Part shown: positions 16,080 through 24,755 of the stretch, in pieces
Layout: each line of letters opens with the position of its first letter
Position numbering within the stretch: position 1 is the first letter of the stretch
IMG/VR virus record: IMGVR_UViG_3300027265_000050
Coordinates: 1 to 35,859 of that record
Length of the DNA: 35,859 nt
Strand: one strand, 5' to 3'
Source: a virus
Taxonomy: Duplodnaviria; Caudoviricetes
Translations under genes and position numbers: made by a program
The notes under the pieces: generated by a model
Databases searched by the model: none
What the model was told of the DNA's origin: nothing
The model's input: the letters and a program-made list of their open reading frames with translations, nothing else

Positions 16080-16406
16080 CTATTTAGTGATGTAATAAGC
16101 GTGTTTTTCAATATCCTCAATGGTTACACCTTTTTTAAACTTGCGACGTTTTACGGCATCCTTCAGGTCTTTCTTAGCATAGCACCGTGGACGGCCATAC
16201 ATGTTAGTTACGATATATCGCCGGTTCTCAAGCTTGCTAAGCCGGTTGGCTCGTTTTACTTTGCGCTCCAGCCGCCACCGGTGCCTTGCCGCGTATAGGT
16301 ATACATAAGCTATTTTAATTGGCTTTATCAGGATAAGTATTACAAATAACAATAGCCTGAAAGCCTGCGAGTCGGTGATTGTCTTTAAAGTATTTTTAAA
16401 AGTCAT
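16080..16406 (-). CDS. Hypothetical basic protein with one N-terminal hydrophobic segment
   Basis: LLLFVILILIKPIKIAYVYLY; operon position. Confidence 0.65.
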   Translation of the reverse strand: MTFKNTLKTITDSQAFRLLLFVILILIKPIKIAYVYLYAARHRWRLERKVKRANRLSKLENRRYIVTNMYGRPRCYAKKDLKDAVKRRKFKKGVTIEDIEKHAYYITK

Positions 16407-16424
16407 TTATGTAGTCGTTTAATT

Positions 16425-17993
16425 TTAAAATTGTCGTGATTCTCTCCGCCCGAAGCGGAACAGTCCTTTTGCTTTCCGTGTGCTTACGTTCAGCTTTGAC
16501 AACGCGCCTTCAACTGCATCGGGCCCATCGACAGGGGAGGCACTTCCTTTTTCGAATGCCATGTACTGATCAATCAATTCTATTTGGTCGTTATTGTCTT
16601 TTTCATCGATATTTAAAAAAACATTACGCCGCTCAAAATATGCCTGGCTTGCTTCGATACGTTCGTACTTGTCAGTCTTTGGTCTTTTATCGGCCACAAC
16701 CGGGATGTAATACCCGCGATCGTCGCCAACGTTGTCGAAGTCGTTTACAAACATGTCCATCGCGAAAAGCCCCTCGATGTAGTAGCGTATTTTGGGCACG
16801 AATTTCAGGTCGAAGTTTTCGTAAGTATCATAAAGCCACTTGGCAATTTTGTCGCGTGAGGTCTGCCGGAGGCATCCATGAATGATATGTATCTCCCGGT
16901 CTTTTTTACCTACCAGCCACAGGCCTTTGTGGCAGGCGGTATCTTTGTACGAAAGGTCACCGTAAAAGCAAAGCGCGTCGTATTCCTTTAGGGGAAGCAT
17001 TTTTTTCCACTGCATGTCCTCCATGCGAAAAACACTTCCGTCCTCAATATGCGTATGCATGTATTCACGCATAAACGACCGGTAAGGAGTATTCTTAAAT
17101 TTTTTCTTCCAGTATTCAGCGGTTGTTTTAGCTAACCATGTAGGGATGAAACTTACCAGGTCAAGAACTGCCTTTACCTTGATTATTTTGTGATAGCATT
17201 TATCACCATTATCGCTTGCTTTTTGAATGAATGACTTAAATAGCCGCTCAAGTCGGTTTGTAATACTGTTTTTATGGAAATTATTATTGGCATAGGCGAA
17301 ACGCTTAACAGCTCCGTCGCTTTCGTCGAAGCAACCCAGGGCATCTTCCATGATGAAGTCAATCGCCTCATCCATCATCCTGTCATTGTTCACATGCCGT
17401 TTGTTGTCGATATCATCAAAAACAATATAGTCGGGCCGGTCGGCCATTTCGCGCAATCCTCGCGGGTCCTGCCCGAATCCCATACTCATAAACCGGACTC
17501 CGTCGGTAGTTACAAAATTACCGTTGCTCCAATCACCAGCTTTAAACCTTTCGCCGTAGTCGTTAATAAACCGTTTGTTATACTTCAGTTCAGCCTGAAT
17601 ACCTGATATCAGCTTTTTCGCTTTCTGCTCGGTTAATCCGAATAAAAGCATAAACCGAAGCTTTCCGGTAACATACAATTTTAAAGGAATACCGATATCG
17701 ATGTGAACTGACTTCCCTCCGGATCGGTAAACCTCAAACAAAAGGTTTGCCTCCTCATTATCGATCAGGTAATCGGCTGCCTCCTTATGGAAGTCCGCAC
17801 ATTTAACCTTTGCATAATGGCTTAGATAATATTCAAACCACAGGTTATAGTCTGTCTCAAGGAGCCGCATTCGTTCCGCTTTGACCCTTGGTGTTTCCCC
17901 TTTGGAAACAGTGGTGGCTTTTAGAATCCTCTGACAATGCTGGTCATAGTTTTCTAACTGCTTAAGGAGCTTTATGTCGATATCCGAAGCCAT
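16425..17993 (-). CDS. terL: Terminase large subunit
   Basis: 522 aa; YRSGGKS Walker A, PRGLR...RPDYIVFDDID Walker B, RNase H-like YGDLSY and DGPDAVEG. Confidence 0.92.
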   Translation of the reverse strand: MASDIDIKLLKQLENYDQHCQRILKATTVSKGETPRVKAERMRLLETDYNLWFEYYLSHYAKVKCADFHKEAADYLIDNEEANLLFEVYRSGGKSVHIDIGIPLKLYVTGKLRFMLLFGLTEQKAKKLISGIQAELKYNKRFINDYGERFKAGDWSNGNFVTTDGVRFMSMGFGQDPRGLREMADRPDYIVFDDIDNKRHVNNDRMMDEAIDFIMEDALGCFDESDGAVKRFAYANNNFHKNSITNRLERLFKSFIQKASDNGDKCYHKIIKVKAVLDLVSFIPTWLAKTTAEYWKKKFKNTPYRSFMREYMHTHIEDGSVFRMEDMQWKKMLPLKEYDALCFYGDLSYKDTACHKGLWLVGKKDREIHIIHGCLRQTSRDKIAKWLYDTYENFDLKFVPKIRYYIEGLFAMDMFVNDFDNVGDDRGYYIPVVADKRPKTDKYERIEASQAYFERRNVFLNIDEKDNNDQIELIDQYMAFEKGSASPVDGPDAVEGALSKLNVSTRKAKGLFRFGRRESRQF

Positions 17994-18427
17994 TATTCCG
18001 ATTTTAACTGGGCAACATGAATAAGGTATTTTTTATGCCATGCGGTAAACTCCACTGCCTTTTCCGGGTCCTGATCAATCATCCAGTTATCAAGCTCTTT
18101 GAAAACTGAAATAATAACCGGGATGGATAGTGAGGCCTTTTCGAACGCGGCATATACCTTTTGAATTTTCAAAAGACCATCAGCATCGATGTTACTTTTT
18201 TCGCCCTTCGCCATCTTGGCCAGTTCGGTTTGCAGTAAACGCCTAAGCTGGTAAGGAGAGGTAAGAAACTCCTCGCGCTTCTTGTCCCAGTCGTAATCCG
18301 ACCGCCATTTCGACAGAGTGATTTCGGAAATAGAAAGCAGCTCGCTTATGGCTTTGCAGGTGAAGCCCTGCTCAATAAACATGTTTTCGGCATCATCATA
18401 GAGCTTATGCCTGGGGAGTCTTTTCAC
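17993..18427 (-). CDS. Terminase small subunit-like HTH protein
   Basis: N-terminal HTH (TCKAISELLSISEITLSKW...WD), directly upstream of terL. Confidence 0.75.
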   Translation of the reverse strand: MKRLPRHKLYDDAENMFIEQGFTCKAISELLSISEITLSKWRSDYDWDKKREEFLTSPYQLRRLLQTELAKMAKGEKSNIDADGLLKIQKVYAAFEKASLSIPVIISVFKELDNWMIDQDPEKAVEFTAWHKKYLIHVAQLKSE

Positions 18428-18525
18428 GTTCCTATTATTATTTTCCGCAAAAATGATTCAGAAACCCTCAAAAAAATAATTTCCTTCCATAGCTTATACA
18501 CTTCCATCAAAGGGTTAGACACTTA

Positions 18526-18557
18526 TTTGCATCACTCTTTTGCGCGGACTATGTTTG
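18526..18557 (+). promoter_or_regulatory. Promoter TTTG-N20-TATGTTTG of the head/tail operon
   Basis: Consensus Bacteroidota -33/-7 pair, 20 nt upstream of the ATG at 18578. Confidence 0.6.
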
Positions 18558-18577
18558 CCGTTCCAATTCGATTTCAA

Positions 18578-19516
18578 ATGCCCGTTTTCGTTCTAAATGA
18601 TGAATCAGTAATTACAGCTCACGGCTTTGTTGTGCTCAACTCGGGCGGCAAGTTCGACCGCTTCCGGGAAAACCCTGTTATGCTCGACTCACACGACGAG
18701 AGTGAAGTAATAGGCCGCTGGTTGAACCTTGCTATTGACGGGAGTAAATTACAAGCCGAGTCGGAATTCGATATTGAAGACCCTGACGCTTTAAAAATCA
18801 GCGGCAAAGTCGACCGCGGATTTATAAAAGGAGCTTCGATGGGAATCATTATCAATGATGCCGAAATGCGCAATATGCCGGTGCTGGGTTACCAGGTCGT
18901 TATTACGGACTGGGAATTGCTCGAAGCTTCAACTGTAGGCGTTCCTTCAAACAAGGCCGCATTACGGTTGTACGCTAAGGATGGCAAAACAGTATTGGCG
19001 ACAGATGAAATCAAACTTTCAGTTGACAGGATTATAAATCAAAAACAAATCATGGAAAAAATCACACTTTCCGTCGAGGCTGCTAAAGCACTTGGCGTAT
19101 CAAAAGACCCGGAAGTCACCGAACTCAACGCCGCCATTATGGAATTGAGCGCACGGGAATCCGCTGCCATAAAGGCAAAGGAAAAATCCGAAAAAGAGCT
19201 TTCGGATCACCAGGTAAAACAAGCCACCGATCTGGTTGAACTGGCCGTTGCCGCCGGTAAAATTACCGCAGACAAAAAAGAGGCTTATGTGAAACTTGCC
19301 ACTTCGGATTACAAGCAAGCAAAAGATATTCTCGACACTTTGCCCGGTAAAGAAACTTTCACTGACAAAACCAAAAAGCTGGGAGTAGTTACCGGTCATG
19401 ACGGGTGGGATTATATGAAATGGCTTAAGGAAGACCCAACCGGGTTAGCTGAAATGGCCGTGAATGATCCTGATGGACATGCTACCCTGAAGGCTTCGTA
19501 CAAATCGAAATACTAG
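18578..19516 (+). CDS. Prohead protease with C-terminal scaffold domain
   Basis: NPVMLDSH, IGRW, IKGASMG, ELLEAS.VGVPSN..A protease motifs; likely start ATG 18578; internal ATG 19052 for the scaffold. Confidence 0.88.
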   Translation: MPVFVLNDESVITAHGFVVLNSGGKFDRFRENPVMLDSHDESEVIGRWLNLAIDGSKLQAESEFDIEDPDALKISGKVDRGFIKGASMGIIINDAEMRNMPVLGYQVVITDWELLEASTVGVPSNKAALRLYAKDGKTVLATDEIKLSVDRIINQKQIMEKITLSVEAAKALGVSKDPEVTELNAAIMELSARESAAIKAKEKSEKELSDHQVKQATDLVELAVAAGKITADKKEAYVKLATSDYKQAKDILDTLPGKETFTDKTKKLGVVTGHDGWDYMKWLKEDPTGLAEMAVNDPDGHATLKASYKSKY

Positions 19517-19604
19517 AGCCCCGGAGGAGGGCTATGAAGATTGGGGTCGCGATTAACAGCGGCCCCTTTATAAAACCAATTTTTAACCAACACTTTTAAT
19601 AATC

Positions 19605-20621
19605 ATGCGAAAACAATTCAACCCAGGAGGCCTCATGTTCAACATGCTTGTTGCCTTTTGCCTTATGGTGGCCTTCAATGTTGCTGCCTTACCTGCCATT
19701 GGTGGCACACTTTTAGTAGGAGCTGCCAAATCATTCATAAAGTCGCCTGATTTTTCGTTTCAGGCCGGTATATCAAAAGAAATCTGGACAGACGTGCTTA
19801 TGGAGGGATTTTATCCGAAAGATGACTTCTTATCCTGGTCACGCGATATGTCGGAGCTTGTTGAATATAATACAATTAACCTGGCGGAGGCCGGGGTTGA
19901 TCCAAATCTTTTAATTGACAATGCCGTTTACCCAATCGCCGCTGCCACCAGAACCGATACTCCTAAAACAATAGTTCTTCGTACTTTGGATACAGATTCA
20001 ACTATAGTGCGTAACCTCGAAAAAAAGGAAACGACATACAACAAAATGGATTCAGTAGTTCGGGGTCATAGAAATACTTTACGTAAAGGAGCAATTCAGC
20101 TGGCTGCCCATTACTGGTCACCAACTTCCGACAGTGATTTTACTCCAGTGCTTGCCGCTACCGGTGAGCTGAAAAATGGTCGCAGAATGCTGCTATTTGA
20201 AGATATTTTGCTTTTGATGGGTAAGTTCGACCTGCTCGACGTTGATCCCGCATCTCTGGCTATATTACTTAACCCGCTGCATAAGGCAGACCTCATGGCT
20301 CAGAATATGAAGCTTTACAAGGAAATGATTGTATCCGGTAATATCTCAGGCCTGAAGTATTTCACCAACTCACAAACGCCACGCTTTAATGCGGCTACCG
20401 GGGCTAAAGTAGCCTTCCAGGCTGTTGCTGCCGGAACTGATACACAAGCATCAATAGTTTGGAGCAAAGACGAAGTTATGAAAGCCGACGGATCGGTCGA
20501 CGTATTTGCAAAATACAACGATCCGGATCAGAAAGGTGATGTAATCAACTTCCAAAAAAGGTTTGTGGCATTGCCCATGCGTAACAAAGTTCTTGGCGCA
20601 ATCTACAGCCCACACGCATAG
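19605..20621 (+). CDS. Major capsid protein with hydrophobic N-terminal leader
   Basis: 338 aa directly after the protease/scaffold; KEIW..LMEGFY..DFLS pattern. Confidence 0.8.
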   Translation: MRKQFNPGGLMFNMLVAFCLMVAFNVAALPAIGGTLLVGAAKSFIKSPDFSFQAGISKEIWTDVLMEGFYPKDDFLSWSRDMSELVEYNTINLAEAGVDPNLLIDNAVYPIAAATRTDTPKTIVLRTLDTDSTIVRNLEKKETTYNKMDSVVRGHRNTLRKGAIQLAAHYWSPTSDSDFTPVLAATGELKNGRRMLLFEDILLLMGKFDLLDVDPASLAILLNPLHKADLMAQNMKLYKEMIVSGNISGLKYFTNSQTPRFNAATGAKVAFQAVAAGTDTQASIVWSKDEVMKADGSVDVFAKYNDPDQKGDVINFQKRFVALPMRNKVLGAIYSPHA

Positions 20622-20716
20622 TATTATTTATCCAGTTCGTTGTTTGTTTCATGCCAGAAGGCCAAAGGAGCCGGTTCGTAATGAATCGGTTCCCGAAAGC
20701 CGAAAAAGTCAGAAAG

Positions 20717-21211
20717 ATGCCAGTAAAAAACTCATATCCTCACTTGCCTGAAATCGCCTTCGAGCGCACTGCTGTCGACATGAAAGCAGTAATGGCTTAT
20801 GCCTGTTCAAAAGTTGGCGAATACCCTAAAGAGGTTGTGCGAATGGCTTACTGTATTTTTTACAATGAGTCAGCAGCCGGTTACAAAGGAGTTAACAACA
20901 ACTACGCTGGTATACAGGCCGACTGCGGACGCTGGACAGGTTTAAGCGGCGAAATTGCTACCTGTGTTAAAAAGGATTCAGGAGGGGCAATACGCCGGTT
21001 TATATGCTTCGATCTCGACGGGTATAAGCATACACTTGACTTACTTCTTTTTGCATGCAAACGACGTGGAATGTTCATAGGTGCAATCGGAGTCACAGAT
21101 TGGAATACCCTCGGTACCGCTTATCTCAATAAATGGGTAGGCCGCAAAGCCTTACAGGCTGAGCGAAGCTTTAAAGCCCTTTACGAAACCGCAACACGTG
21201 CCATAATATGA
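20717..21211 (+). CDS. Endolysin candidate, lysozyme-like (GH73-type motif)
   Basis: IFYNESAAG...NNNYAGIQ; upstream of holin-like and spanin-like genes; start uncertain (20651, 20681 or 20717). Confidence 0.65.
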   Translation: MPVKNSYPHLPEIAFERTAVDMKAVMAYACSKVGEYPKEVVRMAYCIFYNESAAGYKGVNNNYAGIQADCGRWTGLSGEIATCVKKDSGGAIRRFICFDLDGYKHTLDLLLFACKRRGMFIGAIGVTDWNTLGTAYLNKWVGRKALQAERSFKALYETATRAII

Positions 21212-21579
21212 CCACATTCGATATCATCTTATCAATAATGAACCTGATTTTCGGTACGGGTATAGTTGTTACCCTGGTTACCCTGAAACAGGCCAGACGT
21301 AAAGCTACCACCGAGGTCGAAAAAGGAAATGTTGAGCTGGTTACCTCATCGGTGAACGAAATGCTCCAATCCGTTAATGGGCTTATGGGCCAAAATAAAG
21401 AGCTGATTAAGGAGATTATCTCCAGGAGCGACGAAAATACCGACCTAAAAAAAAAGCTGGAAAATCTCAGCACGAAAGTAGAGAAGATGCAGAGGACGAT
21501 TCGCGATGTGCTAAAGGCACTGGAGAAACTTGAGATTGACGAAGCACTACTTTCAAAGCTGAAGGAGGAAATTAAATGA
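21208..21579 (+). CDS. Holin-like protein (one TM plus coiled coil)
   Basis: IILSIMNLIFGTGIVVTLVTL followed by a coiled coil; lysis cassette position. Confidence 0.6.
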   Translation: MTTFDIILSIMNLIFGTGIVVTLVTLKQARRKATTEVEKGNVELVTSSVNEMLQSVNGLMGQNKELIKEIISRSDENTDLKKKLENLSTKVEKMQRTIRDVLKALEKLEIDEALLSKLKEEIK

Positions 21580-22088
21580 AAACTTTAATCATAATCCTGG
21601 TATCCTTAATCCTGGTTACCGGGTGCTGCACTCAGAAAAGGTGTAATGACATGTACCCGCCTAGTGTGCAATCCGTTAACGACAGCTCGTCGGTTACGAC
21701 TGACGAGAGTGTCCAGGAGAAGGATTCCATAACATATCTTCCGGCTGACAGCTCCTGGCTTAAAGCTTTGCTTGAGTGCAACGAGTATGGACAGGTAGTT
21801 TTTAGAGAGCTACAGGAATATAAGAACGGCAAAAACGTGGAAGTACCGGTGGTAAGTGTTGAGGATAACGTATTGACCGTAAAATGTAGAGTTGATTCAC
21901 TTGCTGTGTTTAACCACTTTTCAAAGTCAGTTAAAAACAAAATCGAATACCGTGACAGGGAAGTACTGAAGGAGAAGCGGGTGAATTACCTGACACCGTT
22001 TCAGAAAGCTGAAATCAAAGGCTTTTACATCGCATCAATCATATTACTCGTACTTGGATCATTAATTGTTTATAAAATCACCCATTAA
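21576..22088 (+). CDS. Lipoprotein with C-terminal TM; unimolecular spanin-like
   Basis: Lipobox LVTG-C after a signal peptide; C-terminal FYIASIILLVLGSLIVY. Confidence 0.65.
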   Translation: MKTLIIILVSLILVTGCCTQKRCNDMYPPSVQSVNDSSSVTTDESVQEKDSITYLPADSSWLKALLECNEYGQVVFRELQEYKNGKNVEVPVVSVEDNVLTVKCRVDSLAVFNHFSKSVKNKIEYRDREVLKEKRVNYLTPFQKAEIKGFYIASIILLVLGSLIVYKITH

Positions 22089-22090
22089 AG

Positions 22091-22570
22091 ATGACAAAAC
22101 CAACAAAAAAAATACCGCCTACCAAGCCTCCGGTATTTCCCGCAAAGGAAAAACTTGTGAGCGCAAAGGAGGAAACGAAATCGGATAAGGGAGCCGAAGC
22201 AGACGAAAGCGCGGAAGCTCCCCCCGATACGTCAGAGGACGCGAAAGCTCCTGAAGTAAACGCTGCTTCTGAGGCAGACACTGCCCCTAAAGCGGACGAA
22301 AAGCCTAAAGCAGACGCTGCTCCTAAGGCCGACACTACTCCTAAAGCTGACAAGGCCCCTAAGGCCGACACGGCTCCTAAAGTAAAGGTAAAGACGGCTA
22401 AAGAGTTGATGCTCTCTCGCGCTAAAGAAGTATTTGAATCGCACGAGGTAGATGAAATCTATTTCACAAGCGACATCAATGCATTCATCCAGCAGCAACA
22501 TGCAGTAATGCACGCTGAAAACATGAAGGATACGGATATCGTAACCGTTAAAAGATCGGAGGTAGAATAA
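22091..22570 (+). CDS. Low-complexity protein upstream of the sheath gene
   Basis: Disordered Ala/Pro/Lys/Asp N-terminal part; small C-terminal domain YFTSD..AF...HA..HA. Confidence 0.7.
   Translation: MTKPTKKIPPTKPPVFPAKEKLVSAKEETKSDKGAEADESAEAPPDTSEDAKAPEVNAASEADTAPKADEKPKADAAPKADTTPKADKAPKADTAPKVKVKTAKELMLSRAKEVFESHEVDEIYFTSDINAFIQQQHAVMHAENMKDTDIVTVKRSEVE
22271..22378 (+). repeat. Six degenerate 18-bp coding repeats ((K/E)ADxxP)
   Basis: EADTAP KADEKP KADAAP KADTTP KADKAP KADTAP. Confidence 0.85.
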
Positions 22571-23769
22571 TGTTACCACGCGTTAAAATTGACTTTAGCA
22601 ACGGCGCACTCGGCCAGGTTTCGGCCTCAGCTGATGGCGTTATAGGCATACTGGCCACCGGTGCTCCGGTAGCTGGTAAGTTCGTGCTTAACACGCCTTA
22701 CAAGATCACCCAGGCGGCTGACATTACCGGAGTGCTGGGGTTAACAGCGGTTAATAATCCAGGATTATTCAAACTGCTTACCGACCTGTTCAATCAGTCG
22801 GGCGATGGAGTTGAAGTATGGATCACCGGCTTTGCCGATACCGTAACCATGACCACCATGCTTACCAGGGCCACAGTGAATGGAGTGGAAGCTTTACTAC
22901 TTGCAGCCAATGGTAAAATACGTACCATAATTGTACACCGTACTCCGGCTGCTGGTTATGTTTCGGTACCTGCCGGTGGGCTTGATGGTGACGTAGCCAC
23001 CGCAATGGCACAGGCTCAGATTACCGCGACCTGGAGCGCTGATACGCTTAAAGCACCTGTTTTTGTGCTGATAGCCGGTCTTTATTATGGAGGTACTCCA
23101 GCAACGCTTACCGACCTTACTACCGCGACCAATAACCGCGTAGGGATTATGATCGGTGATTCGGCAACGGGTAACGGTTGCGCTATCGGAATACTTGCCG
23201 GTAAACTCGCACGAATTCCGGTGCAAAGGAATATTGGCCGGGTTAAGGACGGGGCTATTAATGGCCTTGTAACCGCATACCTGGGCGCGGTACTTGTTGA
23301 AAGTGCCGACGTAGCATCCATACACGATAAAGGGTATATTACCTTCAGAACTCATACAGGACGCTCAGGCTATTACTTCAATGACGATCCGCTCGCTGCG
23401 CCGGTAACTGATGATTACAATCACATTACCGCCCGGCGAACTGTTGACAAAGCTTACCGCGTTGCGTATGACACCCTCATTAACGAGCTGCTGGATGAAG
23501 TTCCGGTAACTGACCAGGGTAAGATATCGGTGGCTTACGCCAAGTCGATTGAAAACAAGGTTGAAAGCGCAATTATCAACAGCATGACCGCCAATGGCGA
23601 ATTAGGCAACGACCCGGCAGATCAGAACGACCGTGGAGTTACTTGCTTTGTAAACCACGACCAGAACATTATCGCAACCGGACAGGTGAACGTAACGCTT
23701 AAGGTTAAGCCGTTTGGCTATGCCAGGTACATCACAGTTGAGTTAGGATTTAAAACTTTAACCGCATAG
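22570..23769 (+). CDS. Contractile tail sheath protein (DUF2586-like)
   Basis: 399 aa; IPVQRNIGRVKDG, KGYITFRTHTGRSGYYFNDD, VKPFGYARYITVELGF. Confidence 0.88.
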   Translation: MLPRVKIDFSNGALGQVSASADGVIGILATGAPVAGKFVLNTPYKITQAADITGVLGLTAVNNPGLFKLLTDLFNQSGDGVEVWITGFADTVTMTTMLTRATVNGVEALLLAANGKIRTIIVHRTPAAGYVSVPAGGLDGDVATAMAQAQITATWSADTLKAPVFVLIAGLYYGGTPATLTDLTTATNNRVGIMIGDSATGNGCAIGILAGKLARIPVQRNIGRVKDGAINGLVTAYLGAVLVESADVASIHDKGYITFRTHTGRSGYYFNDDPLAAPVTDDYNHITARRTVDKAYRVAYDTLINELLDEVPVTDQGKISVAYAKSIENKVESAIINSMTANGELGNDPADQNDRGVTCFVNHDQNIIATGQVNVTLKVKPFGYARYITVELGFKTLTA

Positions 23770-23771
23770 TT

Positions 23772-24188
23772 ATGCCATTCAATTCAAGTCAATATGCATG
23801 GAGCGATCTTACGCTCGAGCTCGGCGGCAAAGTAATAACCGGATTCCGCGGGCTGAAGTATGCCACCAAACAGGAAAAAGAGTTACTACACGGGAAGGGG
23901 AATAAGCCCTTGAGTATACAACGTGGGAATGTTACCCACGAAGGAGAAATTACTTTGCTTCAGTCAGAACTGGAGACTCTCCGACTGGCTGGAGGTGGTT
24001 CAATCCTCAATCTTCGCTTAGACGGCACAGCCGTGTATGGCGATCCGGCTAACGGAGATACAATTATCACTGACAAAATTTTGGGGATTGAGTTTACTGA
24101 AGACCCGAAGGAAATGAAACAAGGTGATAAGAACATGGAGGTAACCCTTCCGTTCATCTGCTTAGACATCAGGAACCAGGTAGCATAA
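23772..24188 (+). CDS. Tail tube protein
   Basis: FNSSQYAWSD...HGKGNKP.SIQRGN...EGEITLLQSE; follows the sheath gene. Confidence 0.85.
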   Translation: MPFNSSQYAWSDLTLELGGKVITGFRGLKYATKQEKELLHGKGNKPLSIQRGNVTHEGEITLLQSELETLRLAGGGSILNLRLDGTAVYGDPANGDTIITDKILGIEFTEDPKEMKQGDKNMEVTLPFICLDIRNQVA

Positions 24189-24211
24189 CTATTAAGAATA
24201 AGGATAACCGG

Positions 24212-24257
24212 AAAGGCTACCATGATCCTGAAGCCGGGAAAATGGTAGCCTTTTTTT
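24212..24257 (+). terminator. Terminator/attenuator hairpin after the tube gene
   Basis: AAAGGCTACCAT...ATGGTAGCCTTTTTTT, 12-bp stem. Confidence 0.75.
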
Positions 24258-24273
24258 AAAAAACAAACAAACA

Positions 24274-24588
24274 ATGAGTAAAGTTGAAGTATTGATCGGA
24301 CAGGCCACTCCGGAACAAATTGAAGAGTGGAAAAAGAAATACGGCAAAATGTGGGCGATTATAGTCGGCGGCCATATTTGCTATTTGAAAAAGCCAGATC
24401 GTAAAATACTGGGATATGCCTCAGTATCCGGTAAAGATAACCCGCTTAAGTTTAACGAGGTGATGCTTACCAACTGCTTTGTTGGCGGCAGTGAAGCCAT
24501 AAAAACAGACGATGAACTATTCCTGGGCGCAAGTTCAAAACTTGTTGATATTATCCAGGTGAAGGAAGCCGAACTGGTAAACTTATAG
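24274..24588 (+). CDS. Tail assembly chaperone (short form)
   Basis: QIEEWKKKYG...CYLKKPDR; between tube and tape measure genes. Confidence 0.85.
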   Translation: MSKVEVLIGQATPEQIEEWKKKYGKMWAIIVGGHICYLKKPDRKILGYASVSGKDNPLKFNEVMLTNCFVGGSEAIKTDDELFLGASSKLVDIIQVKEAELVNL

Positions 24589-24752
24589 AGGGTGCCGGAG
24601 TAACAGACGGTATGCTGGTGCGGATAGCAAATGCCCAACTTAGCTATTTCATGCACATACCCGATCCGGACAGCCTCGACGACGAAACATGGGCAATGCG
24701 ATTAACCGAACTCGCTTATATAAGGAAAAAAGAAGCTGAAGCAAACAAATAG
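24576..24752 (+). CDS. -1 frameshift extension of the tail assembly chaperone
   Basis: Slippery G_GTA_AAC just before the stop; the -1 frame reads ...YFMHIPDPDSLDDETWAMRLTELAYIRKKEAEANK* and ends 3 nt before the tape measure ATG. Confidence 0.8.
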   Translation, partial: GKLIEGAGVTDGMLVRIANAQLSYFMHIPDPDSLDDETWAMRLTELAYIRKKEAEANK

Positions 24753-24755
24753 AAA

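Noticed and set aside
18407-18577. N-terminal extension of the protease ORF
   Set aside because: Overlaps the small terminase start and the divergent promoter region.
22078-22579. - strand repetitive ORFs (SALGA repeats)
   Set aside because: Mirror translations of the KADxxP repeat.
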